A DNA stretch of 56,031 bases from positions 1-56,031 of the IMG/VR virus record IMGVR_UViG_3300008108_000486, one strand, 5' to 3'. The notes beneath the pieces are model-generated. The model was not told the DNA's origin, searched no databases, and saw only the letters and a list, made by a program, of their open reading frames with translations. Positions 45,601-54,900 of this stretch are shown here, piece by piece. The stretch comes from a virus (taxonomy: Duplodnaviria > Caudoviricetes). Within the stretch, counting starts at the first letter, position 1. Every line of letters begins with the position of its first letter. The position numbers and the translations under genes were made by a program.

Positions 45601-48600
45601 TTGGCGACGAGAAGGTTGTAATTGTCGATGGAGAAGAGACTGTAGTAACTCCTAAAGTTTACAAGTCAGCATTCTCAGACCAAGTAATTAATAAAGACTG
45701 GGTAGAAGATCCAGAAAACACAACATTTATAGAGAACGCAAGGATCAAAGATCTAAAACTTGGAGACTTTATTGTTGGTAAGAATGGAAACTACCAAGAA
45801 GTAGTTGCTTTTGACGATGACGATAAAGATCCAGCAAATGCAATTAAGGTCTTCCGTGCAGATATTGAAGATGGCGTAGTTCTTGAGAATAGAGATTCAG
45901 ATAGAGAAGATGGCGGAACTGGTTTCTATCTAAATGGAAGACTTGAAGGCGGAATCTTTAGACCTAATGGAAACAGAGATAAGAGCAGTGCTCAGATCAA
46001 TGTTGATTCTATTAAACCAGAACCTGTAGACGAAACTCCAGTCATCGTTGAGCCTGTAGCTCCAGTAAAGGGCGAAGAATTAACTGATGACCAAGTAAAG
46101 ACAGTTGTTGCAGATGTTATTGATGACATCACATCTGGTGCAAAGCCTGAAGCAACTATTGAAGAAGCTGTTAAGGGTGCAAACATTGATGAAACCATCA
46201 AGGAGCAAGTACTTGGTGCAGATAGAGAAAAGACCTCAGAACACCTCACCAAACAAGGCGTACAGCTTGCTAAGGGAGACAGAGTTCTTAACATCAAGAA
46301 CAAGAAGACTGGCCGTGTAGTAAATCTATTTGATACTTACGGCAAGGCTGGCTATACAAACTATGTAAAGATTAAGTATGACGATGGCTCTAAGGGTCCT
46401 GTAGCAAGCGACAGCTTGTCAATTATTGATGCTGCAACAGATGGTTACACACCAAGAGTTATTAATGCTGGTGATATCCTACGACCAGCCGATAAAACAT
46501 CTACAAAGACAGTTCAAGATGTTGTAGACACAATTAAAAACATTCAATCTAAGCCTGTTCCTGAAGGAGTAGATGCTCCAGAGAATCTTCCAAATCCTGA
46601 AGAGCTCGCACAAACTTGGAAAGATAAAGAAGCAGAGCGTAACAAGCTTGCTGAAGAATTAAACTTTGTTTCTACATCTCCAGAAACTGTCTCTGCTATC
46701 AAGGCAAATCTTCCAGCTAAAATTTCTACAGAGAGCTTTATGCCAAGTCTTAAGACTGGCGAACCTATGAATGTAACCTTTGGTTTTGATAAGCCAAATG
46801 GAAGAGAGCTTGCAAGCTATGCAGAGATGATGAATATCTCTAGCCCAGACGACATTCTTGTTTTCAAAGCAACTCCAGAGTACATCCTAAGAAAAGAACA
46901 TCTTGCAACAATTAAACCAGATGGAACAATTACTTGGGTTGGTGAGAATCAAAAGAATACGACCTCTATAGATCTAAAGAACGCTCTAGATTCATATACA
47001 AGTCCTGTAACTGGTTTACAAGCTATGGCTGTTATGCCAGAAGAAGACGATGAAGAGCCAACACCAAGTGCTCTTGGCACAGACGAAGATGTTTTTGATT
47101 ACAGCAGAATTGCAAGTATCAACCCAACATCTGAGCAAAGATCAGTTATTGATGCGGTAATGACTGGAAAGAATGTTGTAGTTCGTGCTTTGGCTGGAAC
47201 TGGAAAAACTTCTACTCTAAAGCTTGCTGCAAAGCGTATTAAGGCAGAGAAGCCAGATAAGAAGATTACATACATTGTATTTAATAAGTCTGTTCAGGTA
47301 GAAGCGTCTAAAGAGTTCCCAGACAATACAGATCCAAGAACCGCTGATTCTATTGGTTATTGGAATGTTGACTCAGCGCTGAGAGATAAATCAAGAAAAG
47401 CTGATTTTATTCTAAATGGACCAGATATTTCTAAGCACCTAGGAATAGTTCCTACACCAGTAAAGGTAAAGGGAACAGAGCAAAATCTTTCAACAAGAGA
47501 CATTCCTAAGATCCTAAGAGATGCTCTTGATAAATTCACAGCATCAGATGATGACAAAGTCACAGTAAAGCATTTTGCTGGAATGAATTTAGACGAAGTT
47601 CCTCCTGTCTTTATTGAATGGGCAAACAAGTGGTGGGAAGATCTTTCAAGCCCAACAGGAAAGCTTTACACATCTCCTAGCGACCTTACAAAAGCATGGG
47701 CTCTATCTAAGCCAGACTTCTCTAAGGGACTCATTGGTCCAGATGCCAAGGGTAAGCCAGTAACAAGAGATGTCAATGTTGTTATGTATGACGAAGCTCA
47801 GGATATTAACCCTGTTATGGCTAAAGTCATGCGTGATCAAAAAGATGTTCAAGTTATTTATGTTGGCGATAGCAACCAAGCAATCTATGGTTTCCGTGGT
47901 GCTATCGACGAGCTAGACAATGTAGTAGCAGATTATGACTTGCCTATTACAGAAACTTTCCGCTTCGGTGAAAAAATTGCAGGTATCGCTAACAGATTCC
48001 TAACCAAACTAGATTCTAAGTACCGTGTTAAAGGTCTACCAGGCAAAGACGGAGAAGTCCTTGATGTCATGGAAGATCCAACAGTAATTATCACTAGAAC
48101 AAATGGTGGCGGTATTTCAGCAATGCTTGAAATGCTAGAAAAGAATAAAGTTGTCGGTATTGATGAGAAGACATTTAACGATTATGAATCTCTTATCAAA
48201 GACATCGAATGGTTAATGCGTGCAGGTCGTGCTGGTGGAATATCTCCAGGAGCAAGAAGACCTCATAAGGATCTAGCTAGCTTTAACACATGGGCAGAAG
48301 TAATCTCCGCTGTACAAAAGGGAGAATCTCTAGGATCTGCAGCATACATGGTTAATATCTTGAGAGATAAGTCTCCTCAAGACATAAAGGATGTTCTTTC
48401 ACGAATTGAGAAGATTACCAATAAGCCAGAGCCAACTGCTCCTTATGTTCCTATAACACTTGATGATCTTAAGGATGGATCTAAGGGAGTTCTTGGATAT
48501 AAAACTATTAGTAAAGGTGGAAGACAGTTCCCTGTAAATGTTGAGTACTCTGTAGAGAACGGCACGATGACCATTTCAAATGGTGGAGATTTCTCTACTC

Positions 48601-49742
48601 TCCTTAGAGGAGCAGGGTTTGAATACAATCCCGAGAAATACACATATTCAAAGAAACTTGATAACAAGGAAGAACTTCTACCTCTATTTAACAAGATTAA
48701 AAGAGCTGCAAGTGGCTACAAGCCAGAGAAGCCAATCGAAGTAGAAATTATCACTGCTCACAAAGCAAAAGGTAAGCAGTGGAAGCGTGTAAGAATATTT
48801 GACGACTTCAAGGGTCCAGAACTCAGTGAAGAAGACGGTCAGATGAAGCTTCCAGCTCCAGAAGAAATGCGTCTTTCCTATGTTGCAGTAACTCGCGCTG
48901 AGGAAGCTGTAGAGCTTGGTTCTCTTGCTTGGATTACAGATGTAACTTCAGAAGCAGATGAATCTTCAAACTTGGAACCAGTTGAAGCTATTCTTGGAAT
49001 GAAGGTCGGAAAAGATATAGACCCAGTAACAGCTGAAGAAGCTGTAAAGTCTGATGAAAAGACTGCTCGCAAACTTGATGAGAAGACAGAAGCAATTGCT
49101 GATGCGATTATCGAGATGATTGAAAAGGGCACACCTCCTTGGCGTAAGCCTTGGACTGGTGGAGGGTTCTTACCAACTAGCGTAAGCACAGGTAAGCCAT
49201 ACCGTGGAACAAACATTCTCACCCTCTGGGCTGCTGCAACAAAGAACAATTGGACCGACAACCGCTGGTTAACTTACAAGCAAGCAGAAAAGCTTGGTGG
49301 AAATATTAAGAAGGGTGAAAAAGCAACCTTCATTATCCACTGGACTCCAAGATTTAGAGATGTAACTCAGCCTGACGGTACTGTTGAAAAGCAGTTCTAT
49401 TGGACACCACCTAAATTCATACCAATCTTCAATGTCGAGCAAGCTGAAAATATCAACTTGCCTCCACTAGTTACTAGAGATCCTGTTCCAGTAAGCGAAG
49501 CTGAGCAGATAGTTCTAGATGCTTATACAGATAAGCCAGAGATTACTTATAGAGCTCAAGACGGTGCGTATTACACACCTTCTGAAGACAAGATTTACAT
49601 GCCTCTAAGAGAGCAGTTCACAGATCCAAAAGATATTTTTGAAACTTTGATTCACGAGCTTGCACACAGCACTGGTCACAAAGATAGACTAGGTAAAGAA
49701 GGAAAGCGCAAGGATCTTCAAGATAACTACGGCTGCATCTGA
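39660..49742 (+). CDS. giant polyvalent protein: DEDDh exonuclease + SF1 helicase + ArdC-N + zincin (MPTase)
   Basis: VFDFET/FD/HDA.FD; ALAGTGKT, DEAQD, GD.NQ.IY.FRG, FRFG, H.AKG, YVA.TRA; PWRKPW..Y.G.N..WLTYKQA..G.IKKGEK; HELAHSTGH. Confidence 0.9.
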   Translation: MIFSQRILSTREQARVIRREVIELVDKANEFSVGSRRINRRAAYKVISRSLSQSRDLPFSIRKHKAITDLSNYISLAKYNKVIGLTADHTDLLPISHPRSTQINALSASALVQAKIRWYVDDPRIKDDTVKSLVASAMAAPTDSAEYKYALTRLENLPASELPLEALAAAANPYAGKNSAAARRARESIQLSDRFERWLDMFGSLKKRATDGFRTYVRRNDGTTRSHSGVVLNQNMERPELIDIEVGKGKVAIVPIKSGEGLKAFIKDPDSVDGFSQTEAKPTNAPIIPEDSIVFTEAPSIYRKEDDYRGKGTKYTDDKYDIIKFDNPKDAMPLIDDSNKRAADLDKPAPKQLKLGEIDSDTGRQFWNPDEPVFAVARRGKKTNFAFTQTWKDVNNEIMLDEPDLDEEEGRDYTRPEPRTSDDTVPLIQQANKIFDGKKRKQKEDKKETAPAFPYKVPDRAYEFNPNEEYTPEFDFDDPESLAEIDTPVLEEALLRSVEPVSATERATGFAPLDLPNGDTEDVSSEAIASALRAKGQDAEMALAKAYDKIAGDTKNQDDLKASREERRADEAAKPADLEEKFDEVVKEEPEKVEPTPVSDEVAEDIADTSEGLVRDLSDEELRKIPALKGLSDEEFDKIVNDPNYDYSSVIPKIDDFDVPEGMYKPGESTAEDRLNALELAAISNRRAPNSLLESKLKEAMDGSGPELGKASIPAFDENGEQIDIPVSAETLRDAIALRGKDAAKAMKKIAKPEAEEKPAKEEKPAEEEKETKPVGTYKRSGGRTLLKDGKGKPFTSNKEVADFLAENGFEFTEKVTTKDGRELPVYAHSKQQTDEEFKSLARELRDRFGIDLKPRPATTQSPAQEEIDFDAPSPEKPAEAETPIVPPTTPPTGPEGVEEPEEEEPKLDPKRPTNVSSKNDLVNENQKIVVQDNNVFTLDGKFLGKIPEGMSAEEFLRSYYYRATRTGRDAEAIAKAIKASEKDKPYDGSDFYPTDEDERAAVEAIREQDRKNREEEEEELSNSKKDLLKQLVNERRIVQDAIDEADLSDEVKPEEKQALRDLYDKLTRAIDAIVLGEQVEDTKSPENQVADETLSEAFNDEAYKPTIQILLDKLFGRKEDKVPVGPFGSRKDMISKLMWFKWGAGFKKNESPFIRDAMTKYEKDLNNLSTEDMIDLLNLYYDEIDAKIEADRIASDRAKIIAEAKKARRKAYEDSLIEEYIRGKKGVTDGRGIEYRKREDGTWDQSTGPIGGNPWRQKVTLNPADGYEIKEIPGYDKDAPGTGIVNSVKLHIPREGDYVKQEDGTWKRIVKLEREKRKVPSDKAGKADATIEEYTYIYEDGTSDFVRTSNGTLDIDVNRKRVDIVRSADLVEASEASAPVAESTPASSLVKKIKSRTSQLQPGDVKADDFFTITKIEQEGTKPVRVDGKVQQSSKLWSDNYAPEVYRGATPPSKGDLPELNQPKAEDYGDFAYPNQTKVKYKDRTLWAPKDKALADKFLEDYKAYDEELARRKALWQAPEVTAENDESKSGSPTTPNNPLYTDSVPASEVKEGDIAFRRDKDGLKEFFVVTKVVSDRDGTTTLEGHYVGHQTQTKEWRSGTNIEVIRGETNLPAAGDKEPLDRPDKTLPNYAELEKARKEKIAEADKGYSPVFPTEDAFKGVTPLESKPNLPAFYGSAEELLALGDGPEVMKALDEKGFIVFDFETIGKDVANSLNPDAPIQVAASKYLNGEKVDTLNLFINPGEPLSTYYYETDEAGNRVLKADRLRDSEGNPITDEWLATQPEIKEQLQKLLDFFGEKPILVGQNNTFDINLLERWAEKLGLNFSMGGAVDTRTIAKILQAKDQKSVEFPENPADGDVVTINGGDWVYSEEKKRFIAPSNSLKPLAERLGVSTDAPGGFHDAAFDIDVTEKVLRALMSKVQAGDFKTTGATKKYDAGYDKWIKSRDQRVKDIAAIQADRLLSGKTTDVDAAVGEINAVGDEKVVIVDGEETVVTPKVYKSAFSDQVINKDWVEDPENTTFIENARIKDLKLGDFIVGKNGNYQEVVAFDDDDKDPANAIKVFRADIEDGVVLENRDSDREDGGTGFYLNGRLEGGIFRPNGNRDKSSAQINVDSIKPEPVDETPVIVEPVAPVKGEELTDDQVKTVVADVIDDITSGAKPEATIEEAVKGANIDETIKEQVLGADREKTSEHLTKQGVQLAKGDRVLNIKNKKTGRVVNLFDTYGKAGYTNYVKIKYDDGSKGPVASDSLSIIDAATDGYTPRVINAGDILRPADKTSTKTVQDVVDTIKNIQSKPVPEGVDAPENLPNPEELAQTWKDKEAERNKLAEELNFVSTSPETVSAIKANLPAKISTESFMPSLKTGEPMNVTFGFDKPNGRELASYAEMMNISSPDDILVFKATPEYILRKEHLATIKPDGTITWVGENQKNTTSIDLKNALDSYTSPVTGLQAMAVMPEEDDEEPTPSALGTDEDVFDYSRIASINPTSEQRSVIDAVMTGKNVVVRALAGTGKTSTLKLAAKRIKAEKPDKKITYIVFNKSVQVEASKEFPDNTDPRTADSIGYWNVDSALRDKSRKADFILNGPDISKHLGIVPTPVKVKGTEQNLSTRDIPKILRDALDKFTASDDDKVTVKHFAGMNLDEVPPVFIEWANKWWEDLSSPTGKLYTSPSDLTKAWALSKPDFSKGLIGPDAKGKPVTRDVNVVMYDEAQDINPVMAKVMRDQKDVQVIYVGDSNQAIYGFRGAIDELDNVVADYDLPITETFRFGEKIAGIANRFLTKLDSKYRVKGLPGKDGEVLDVMEDPTVIITRTNGGGISAMLEMLEKNKVVGIDEKTFNDYESLIKDIEWLMRAGRAGGISPGARRPHKDLASFNTWAEVISAVQKGESLGSAAYMVNILRDKSPQDIKDVLSRIEKITNKPEPTAPYVPITLDDLKDGSKGVLGYKTISKGGRQFPVNVEYSVENGTMTISNGGDFSTLLRGAGFEYNPEKYTYSKKLDNKEELLPLFNKIKRAASGYKPEKPIEVEIITAHKAKGKQWKRVRIFDDFKGPELSEEDGQMKLPAPEEMRLSYVAVTRAEEAVELGSLAWITDVTSEADESSNLEPVEAILGMKVGKDIDPVTAEEAVKSDEKTARKLDEKTEAIADAIIEMIEKGTPPWRKPWTGGGFLPTSVSTGKPYRGTNILTLWAAATKNNWTDNRWLTYKQAEKLGGNIKKGEKATFIIHWTPRFRDVTQPDGTVEKQFYWTPPKFIPIFNVEQAENINLPPLVTRDPVPVSEAEQIVLDAYTDKPEITYRAQDGAYYTPSEDKIYMPLREQFTDPKDIFETLIHELAHSTGHKDRLGKEGKRKDLQDNYGCI

Positions 49743-50658
49743 GCTTGGCGTAGAAATTGACTGGGGCAATGTTGCAGCTTACGCAGACAGTTGGCTCAAG
49801 CCTCTTAAGGACGATAAGTCTATGATCATCGTTGCCGCAAAGATGGCACAAGATGCCGTCAACTATATGATGGGCAGAAAAGATGACGAAGAAAGCACAG
49901 AGAAGCCAGTAGGCGAAGGCGTTGGTAGTGAAGGTAAGACTGGCGAGGAAATAGCTGAAGAGAAACCAGCTACTGAAGAAGCTCCACAACCTAATGTTGG
50001 AACTGAAGGCCAGACTGGCGAAGAGATTACTCAAGCTAATATTGCAAAAAATAGAGATACTTCTATAGAAGTAAAAAAGTACAAAGACCCAGAAACTGGT
50101 GAAGAGTGGGATCTTTGGGATGATGTAACTTTTGAAGACTCTGGTGAGCGTGGAGAAGATAATCAAGGTCTTGAAAACATTCATGGGATTTATGCAAGTC
50201 GTCTACTAGCTGATGGCGAATATATGACTGATCGTGCAGAGATTGATAAATACATTGCTGACACTTTAGAGAAGTATGGTTACGGAAAGAAATTCTTTGC
50301 TCTTGCTAATAAGAAGATTTCAGACTCTACTCTCGGACCAATTACTAAAGAAGGATTTTTAGAAGCAGCTGTAGGTCTTGCTAATAGATCACAGATGCCA
50401 GCAGATAATCCTCTAAAAGAGATAGACTTTCCTTTAGTCTTAGTTCGTAGCCGTGGGATCAAAAAGGTCGCACTTCTACACGAAATTGCTCACCTTATGG
50501 AGGGTAGTTGGAAGAATGGAAAGCCTGGGGGGCATAACTTGAATTGGTATTCTACCTTCTTGGCTCTTTTAGATGGTGAGGGTTTCAATAAAGAAGCAAA
50601 TCTACTAAGATCAGTAGCCCCAGTGGCGGAAGGAGATACAGGTGCCATTAATAGATGA
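49735..50658 (+). CDS. C-terminal continuation of the polyvalent protein (ArdC/MPTase tail plus a second zincin)
   Basis: Frame reads ASELGVEIDWGNVAAYADSWLK.LK.D...I..AA..AQ.A upstream of the listed ATG; LLHEIAH...GH near the end. Confidence 0.75.
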   Translation, partial: ASELGVEIDWGNVAAYADSWLKPLKDDKSMIIVAAKMAQDAVNYMMGRKDDEESTEKPVGEGVGSEGKTGEEIAEEKPATEEAPQPNVGTEGQTGEEITQANIAKNRDTSIEVKKYKDPETGEEWDLWDDVTFEDSGERGEDNQGLENIHGIYASRLLADGEYMTDRAEIDKYIADTLEKYGYGKKFFALANKKISDSTLGPITKEGFLEAAVGLANRSQMPADNPLKEIDFPLVLVRSRGIKKVALLHEIAHLMEGSWKNGKPGGHNLNWYSTFLALLDGEGFNKEANLLRSVAPVAEGDTGAINR

Positions 50659-50888
50659 AGATAGCGACGATTTTGTCCCTGTTGCACTCTCTGATGACAA
50701 AAAGTCATTCCCCGGTCTTCCAGAAGAAGACTCTAAGGAGAATGTATAATGGCTAAGTCAGATAAAGAAAACTACATCAATCTCATGACTGATGCCTATA
50801 GGAAGATAATGGATATCGCCTTTATCGATCCTGCAACAGATGATGTTGAGGACTCAGAAATGGTTGACGAAATTCCGAAGGAGGATCG

Positions 50889-51203
50889 ATGAAAACTGTA
50901 ATGGTTTCAGCCGAGCCTACAGAAGGAATGGCTATTGCATATAAGCAGTACGAAGATGTAGTCAAACAACTTGTTTACTACAGCGAAGACTATGGATTTT
51001 TTACTCTTATCGAAAATAGATGGTATCCAATTGCCGCTGGAGATAAAAGCCTTGAAGGACTGACTCTTATTGATGTAGAAAGATCAAACTACAAAACAGT
51101 AAGAGACATGTATGCAAATGCAAAATCAACTAACAAAAAACTTACATATAAAGATATAGAAAAATATAGAATCGAGTATGTAATAGCGGAGGAGAAGAAA
51201 TAA
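50889..51203 (+). CDS. hypothetical protein
   Basis: RBS GGAGGA; coupled to the next gene. Confidence 0.7.
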   Translation: MKTVMVSAEPTEGMAIAYKQYEDVVKQLVYYSEDYGFFTLIENRWYPIAAGDKSLEGLTLIDVERSNYKTVRDMYANAKSTNKKLTYKDIEKYRIEYVIAEEKK

Positions 51204-51955
51204 TGGAATACATTGGTCGCAATGGTTCACAAATCCTCTATGTAAACGATACTCTTGGAACAATCGTTGACGAAGATAAGAATCTAGTTCTCTCTGTAGA
51301 TATCAAGGAACCACTTATTGCATCTGCTAAATGGGACCCTTCAGATGATGACCGACCAACTGGGGTTGCCGTAGAACTTGCAGCAGCAGCTCTTACAGAT
51401 TTAGATATTAAAGTTTTTTCAAACTCAGATCGTATGTACACAATTCCAGACTCCGTAGTTGCAGAAGCAAAGCGTGGTCTTGAGTGGCGTAAAGAAGAAG
51501 ACCGCGGTGGAACATCTGTAGGTCTTAATACCGCCCGCACTCTTGCTCGCGGAGGTCAAATTGGTATTCGCAAGATTCGTCATATCGCAAAGTATTTCCC
51601 ACGCCATGAAGTAGATAAAAAGGGTAAAGGCTATAAGCCAGGAGTTAAGGAGTATCCAAGCAATGGTCGCATTGCATGGGCTCTTTGGGGTGGAGATGCC
51701 GCCAAGTCTTGGGCAACTGCCATTGTTAATCGTGAAAACAAAAAAGCAAAATCAAATTCGATTACTGCTGGTGGATTAGATCCAATGGAATACGAGATGC
51801 CAAAGCGCATCAACTATGACTCTTTCATGCATTCAAGAACAATGCCTGAAGATAATGTAATTGAATTTTATGCTCGTGTTCGTCTAGATGGTTCAGGTAT
51901 TGACCGTCTTTACAGAATTGAACCAGAAGGTCACATTTATGTTTGGGATGATGGC
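51203..51955 (+). CDS. N-terminal part of a head-morphogenesis polyprotein (PSNGRIAWALWGGD domain)
   Basis: EAKRGLEWR..GGT.VG..AR.L...YF.RH...PSNGRIAWALWGGD; natural-looking coding shifts frame near 51955. Confidence 0.75.
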
Positions 51956-54900
51956 CAACGAACCATTTATTGCTCAAAAGGTAGAAAAACTATACCCAGA
52001 AGAGTCAAAAATGTATCTAGATGCATCTCAAGAAATTGATGGGGAACTTCTTGATGAAATGGCTCTTCCAGATGAAATGTCTGGAGATTGGGATTTCATG
52101 GATGACAGCCTTACTGCAGCTGTAGGTGATGGTGTCTACACTCCAGAAGAGCGTTCAGAAAATGTGTCTAAGCAACTTCGTGATAAATCAGGAAAGTTTG
52201 CCAAAATGGGTGGCCGTGTAATTATTGGTGGTCGTCCACAATATCAAGGAAACATTCGCTCAATTGATCCAGTAACTAAAACTGTTGGTGTAGAACTTGA
52301 TAACGGAAGTGTAATTAATGTTTCTGCTTCTATGACAGAGCCTTTAGAAAGCTACACACCGATGCCAACTATGGTTGCTGAAGGTGAATTAGATACTTCA
52401 GGAATTCTTGGTGAGCCTCGAACTCCTATGGATTCTCCAATTCGTATGCCTGGAACTCTTCCACCACTAAACGCAGCAAATCTTCAGTTAATGCTGACAA
52501 ACTATCCTCAATGGGTATCAGAACAAAGACTTTCACCAGAAGCTACACCTACTACTCAAATAAAAACTTCTAGAGCAGATTCAGTACCTAGCAGAGTTCC
52601 TCAACAGCCACAGAATGTTGAAAAAGAAGTTTCTAAAGATAGTCCTTTATATAAATACTATCCAGAAAAGTTTACAGACTGGGATAAAGAAGTTAATGCT
52701 TACAACATTCCAGAATTAAAGAAGTGGCTTGAAGCTGGTCCAGAGTCTCGTCGTAAATATAATCCTTTTGTAGACCCTAAAAAGACAGAAAAGTTTGTAG
52801 AGCCAAGAGGTATTAAATCTCCTAAGTTAGACAAATACGGTCAACCTCTAAAAGCATCAGCTATACCAAACGATATGACACCAAAAACATCGGATGTCCC
52901 TGTTCTTCATATGGCAGTAGTTTCACCAGATGACCCACAAGCAGTTATGGATTTAGTTGCTTTAGTGCCAGCTAGTGATAAGAGTAATCAGCCAGCGGCA
53001 TTTATAAGAAAAGATGGAAAGTGGATTGCAGATCCTCAAATGTTGATGGATCTTCGTAGTGTTACCCCACCACCAGTAGTTGTTTTAGATGACGCTACTT
53101 TAATAGATGTTTTATCTCAAGTAGATGACAAACCAATTACTGCAGCTGGAGGACTTGATAGAAATCGTGGTCAGGCAGAGAAGCTTCGCCGCTACTGGCT
53201 ATATGGCAAAGGTGCAGCCAAGATTCGCTGGAGAACTCCAGGAGATTGGACTCGTTGCTATCGTCAACTAGCTAAGTACATGGGTCCTCGTGCCAAGGGT
53301 TATTGCGCCCTTCGTCATAAGGAAGCAAATGGCTACTGGCCAGGAGATAAGAAAAATCAAGAGATGTCATCATTTACTGTAAATACTTTGCGTGATTATG
53401 ATGAACTTTTGAGCAGTTTTGTGCTTCGTGCAAAAGCAGCAGATGCTCGTGCAAGAGTTATGACTGCTGGCGGTTCTATGGAAGAAGAGTACGGATCTGA
53501 GTTTTATATTCCTCTAGTTATCCCAGAGGGTGTTGAATCTGGTGACGGAAGAGTTATGGATAAAGGTGCTCTCAGCATGAGAGAACTTCCACTTCCTCTT
53601 CTATGGCAAATACAAACAGGCGAAGGACATAATGGTTCTGTTGTAGTTGGCAAGATTGTTTCTATGGAACGCACTGAAGATGGTATTGGTAATGCTAAAG
53701 GCTATTTCGATAAAGGTGCTTATGGACAGGAAGCTGAGCGTTTAGTACGCGGTGGCTTTATTCGTGGAGTTTCGGCTGATCTCGATCAATTTGAGGCAGA
53801 CGAAGAGGTTAAAGAGGCTAAAGAAGGCTCTGACACCAAGATAGAAAGCGGTAAAATAAAGATCAAGAAAGCACGAGTCATGGCTGTGACTTTGGTGCCG
53901 AAGCCAGCTTTCCAAGAATGCTCAATTCAACTCGCCGATGAGATGGCTGTGACTTTGGTGCCGAAGCCAGCTTTCCAAGAATGCTCAATTCAACTCGCCG
54001 ATGAGCTCGGCGGAGAAGAGGAAGAAGTGAACATCCCTGACGGCGTATATGTCGAAGGAGTAAATCCTCTCGATGCTTCGGCGCTTGTTGCTTGCGGAAT
54101 GATTGCTGGAGCAATTCCAGTGACACCGCCAACAGAGTGGTTTAACAATCCAAAGCTAAGTGGACCAACTCCTCTTACTGTGGATGATGATGGCCGTGTT
54201 TATGGACACATTGCAGCTTGGCATGTCGATCATATTGGCATGAGCATGGGAACCAAGCCTCCAAGAAGTAGAAGTGGTTATGCATATTTCCACACAGGTG
54301 TAGTTCGTACAGAAGACGGTAGTGATGTGCCCGTAGGGCAGTTAACTCTTGCGGGGGGACACGCATCGTTGGAAGCATCTGCTTCTGAAGCAGTTCGTCA
54401 TTATGACGATACAGCTTCTGCTATTGCAGATGTACATGCTGGAGAAGATGCCTTTGGTATCTGGGTTGCTGGATCAGTTCGGCCAGGTTCTACTCCAGAG
54501 CAAATCCGTGCACTTCGTGCATCAGCACCATCTGGTGACTGGAGACCAATCAAGAACTCTCTAGAACTTGTTGCTGTATGTCAGGTAAACGTTCCAGGAT
54601 TCCCAATTGCTCGTGCTCGTGTTGCTTCAGGTTCTGTAATGGCTCTTGTTGCGGCAGGTGCTCAAGTACTTGCACAGTTGAAGTCAGACCCTCTATCAGA
54701 AATGCAAAAGAGAATTGAAGAATTGGAGAAGCCACAGAAAGAAGCTTTGGTTGCTTCGGCAAACGCTGCTCGTGCTCGTATTCAAGACTTCCAAAACGAG
54801 CAACTAAAAGCTCAAAAAGCACTTATTGCTGCAAAAGTTGCACAAGTAAAAGCTGATGCAGATTCAGATTTTGACTATATGAATCAAACTTTTGACGAAA

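Noticed and set aside
45735-45830. Intein (IKDLKLGDFIVGKNG resembles Hint block A/B spacing)
   Set aside because: No N-terminal Cys/Ser motif, no HN-C/S/T end and no endonuclease; similar motifs recur as repeats
49720-49745. Programmed ribosomal frameshift in the giant protein (and at about 51955)
   Set aside because: No slippery heptamer, and conserved residues are missing across the 49733 junction, which points to a deletion
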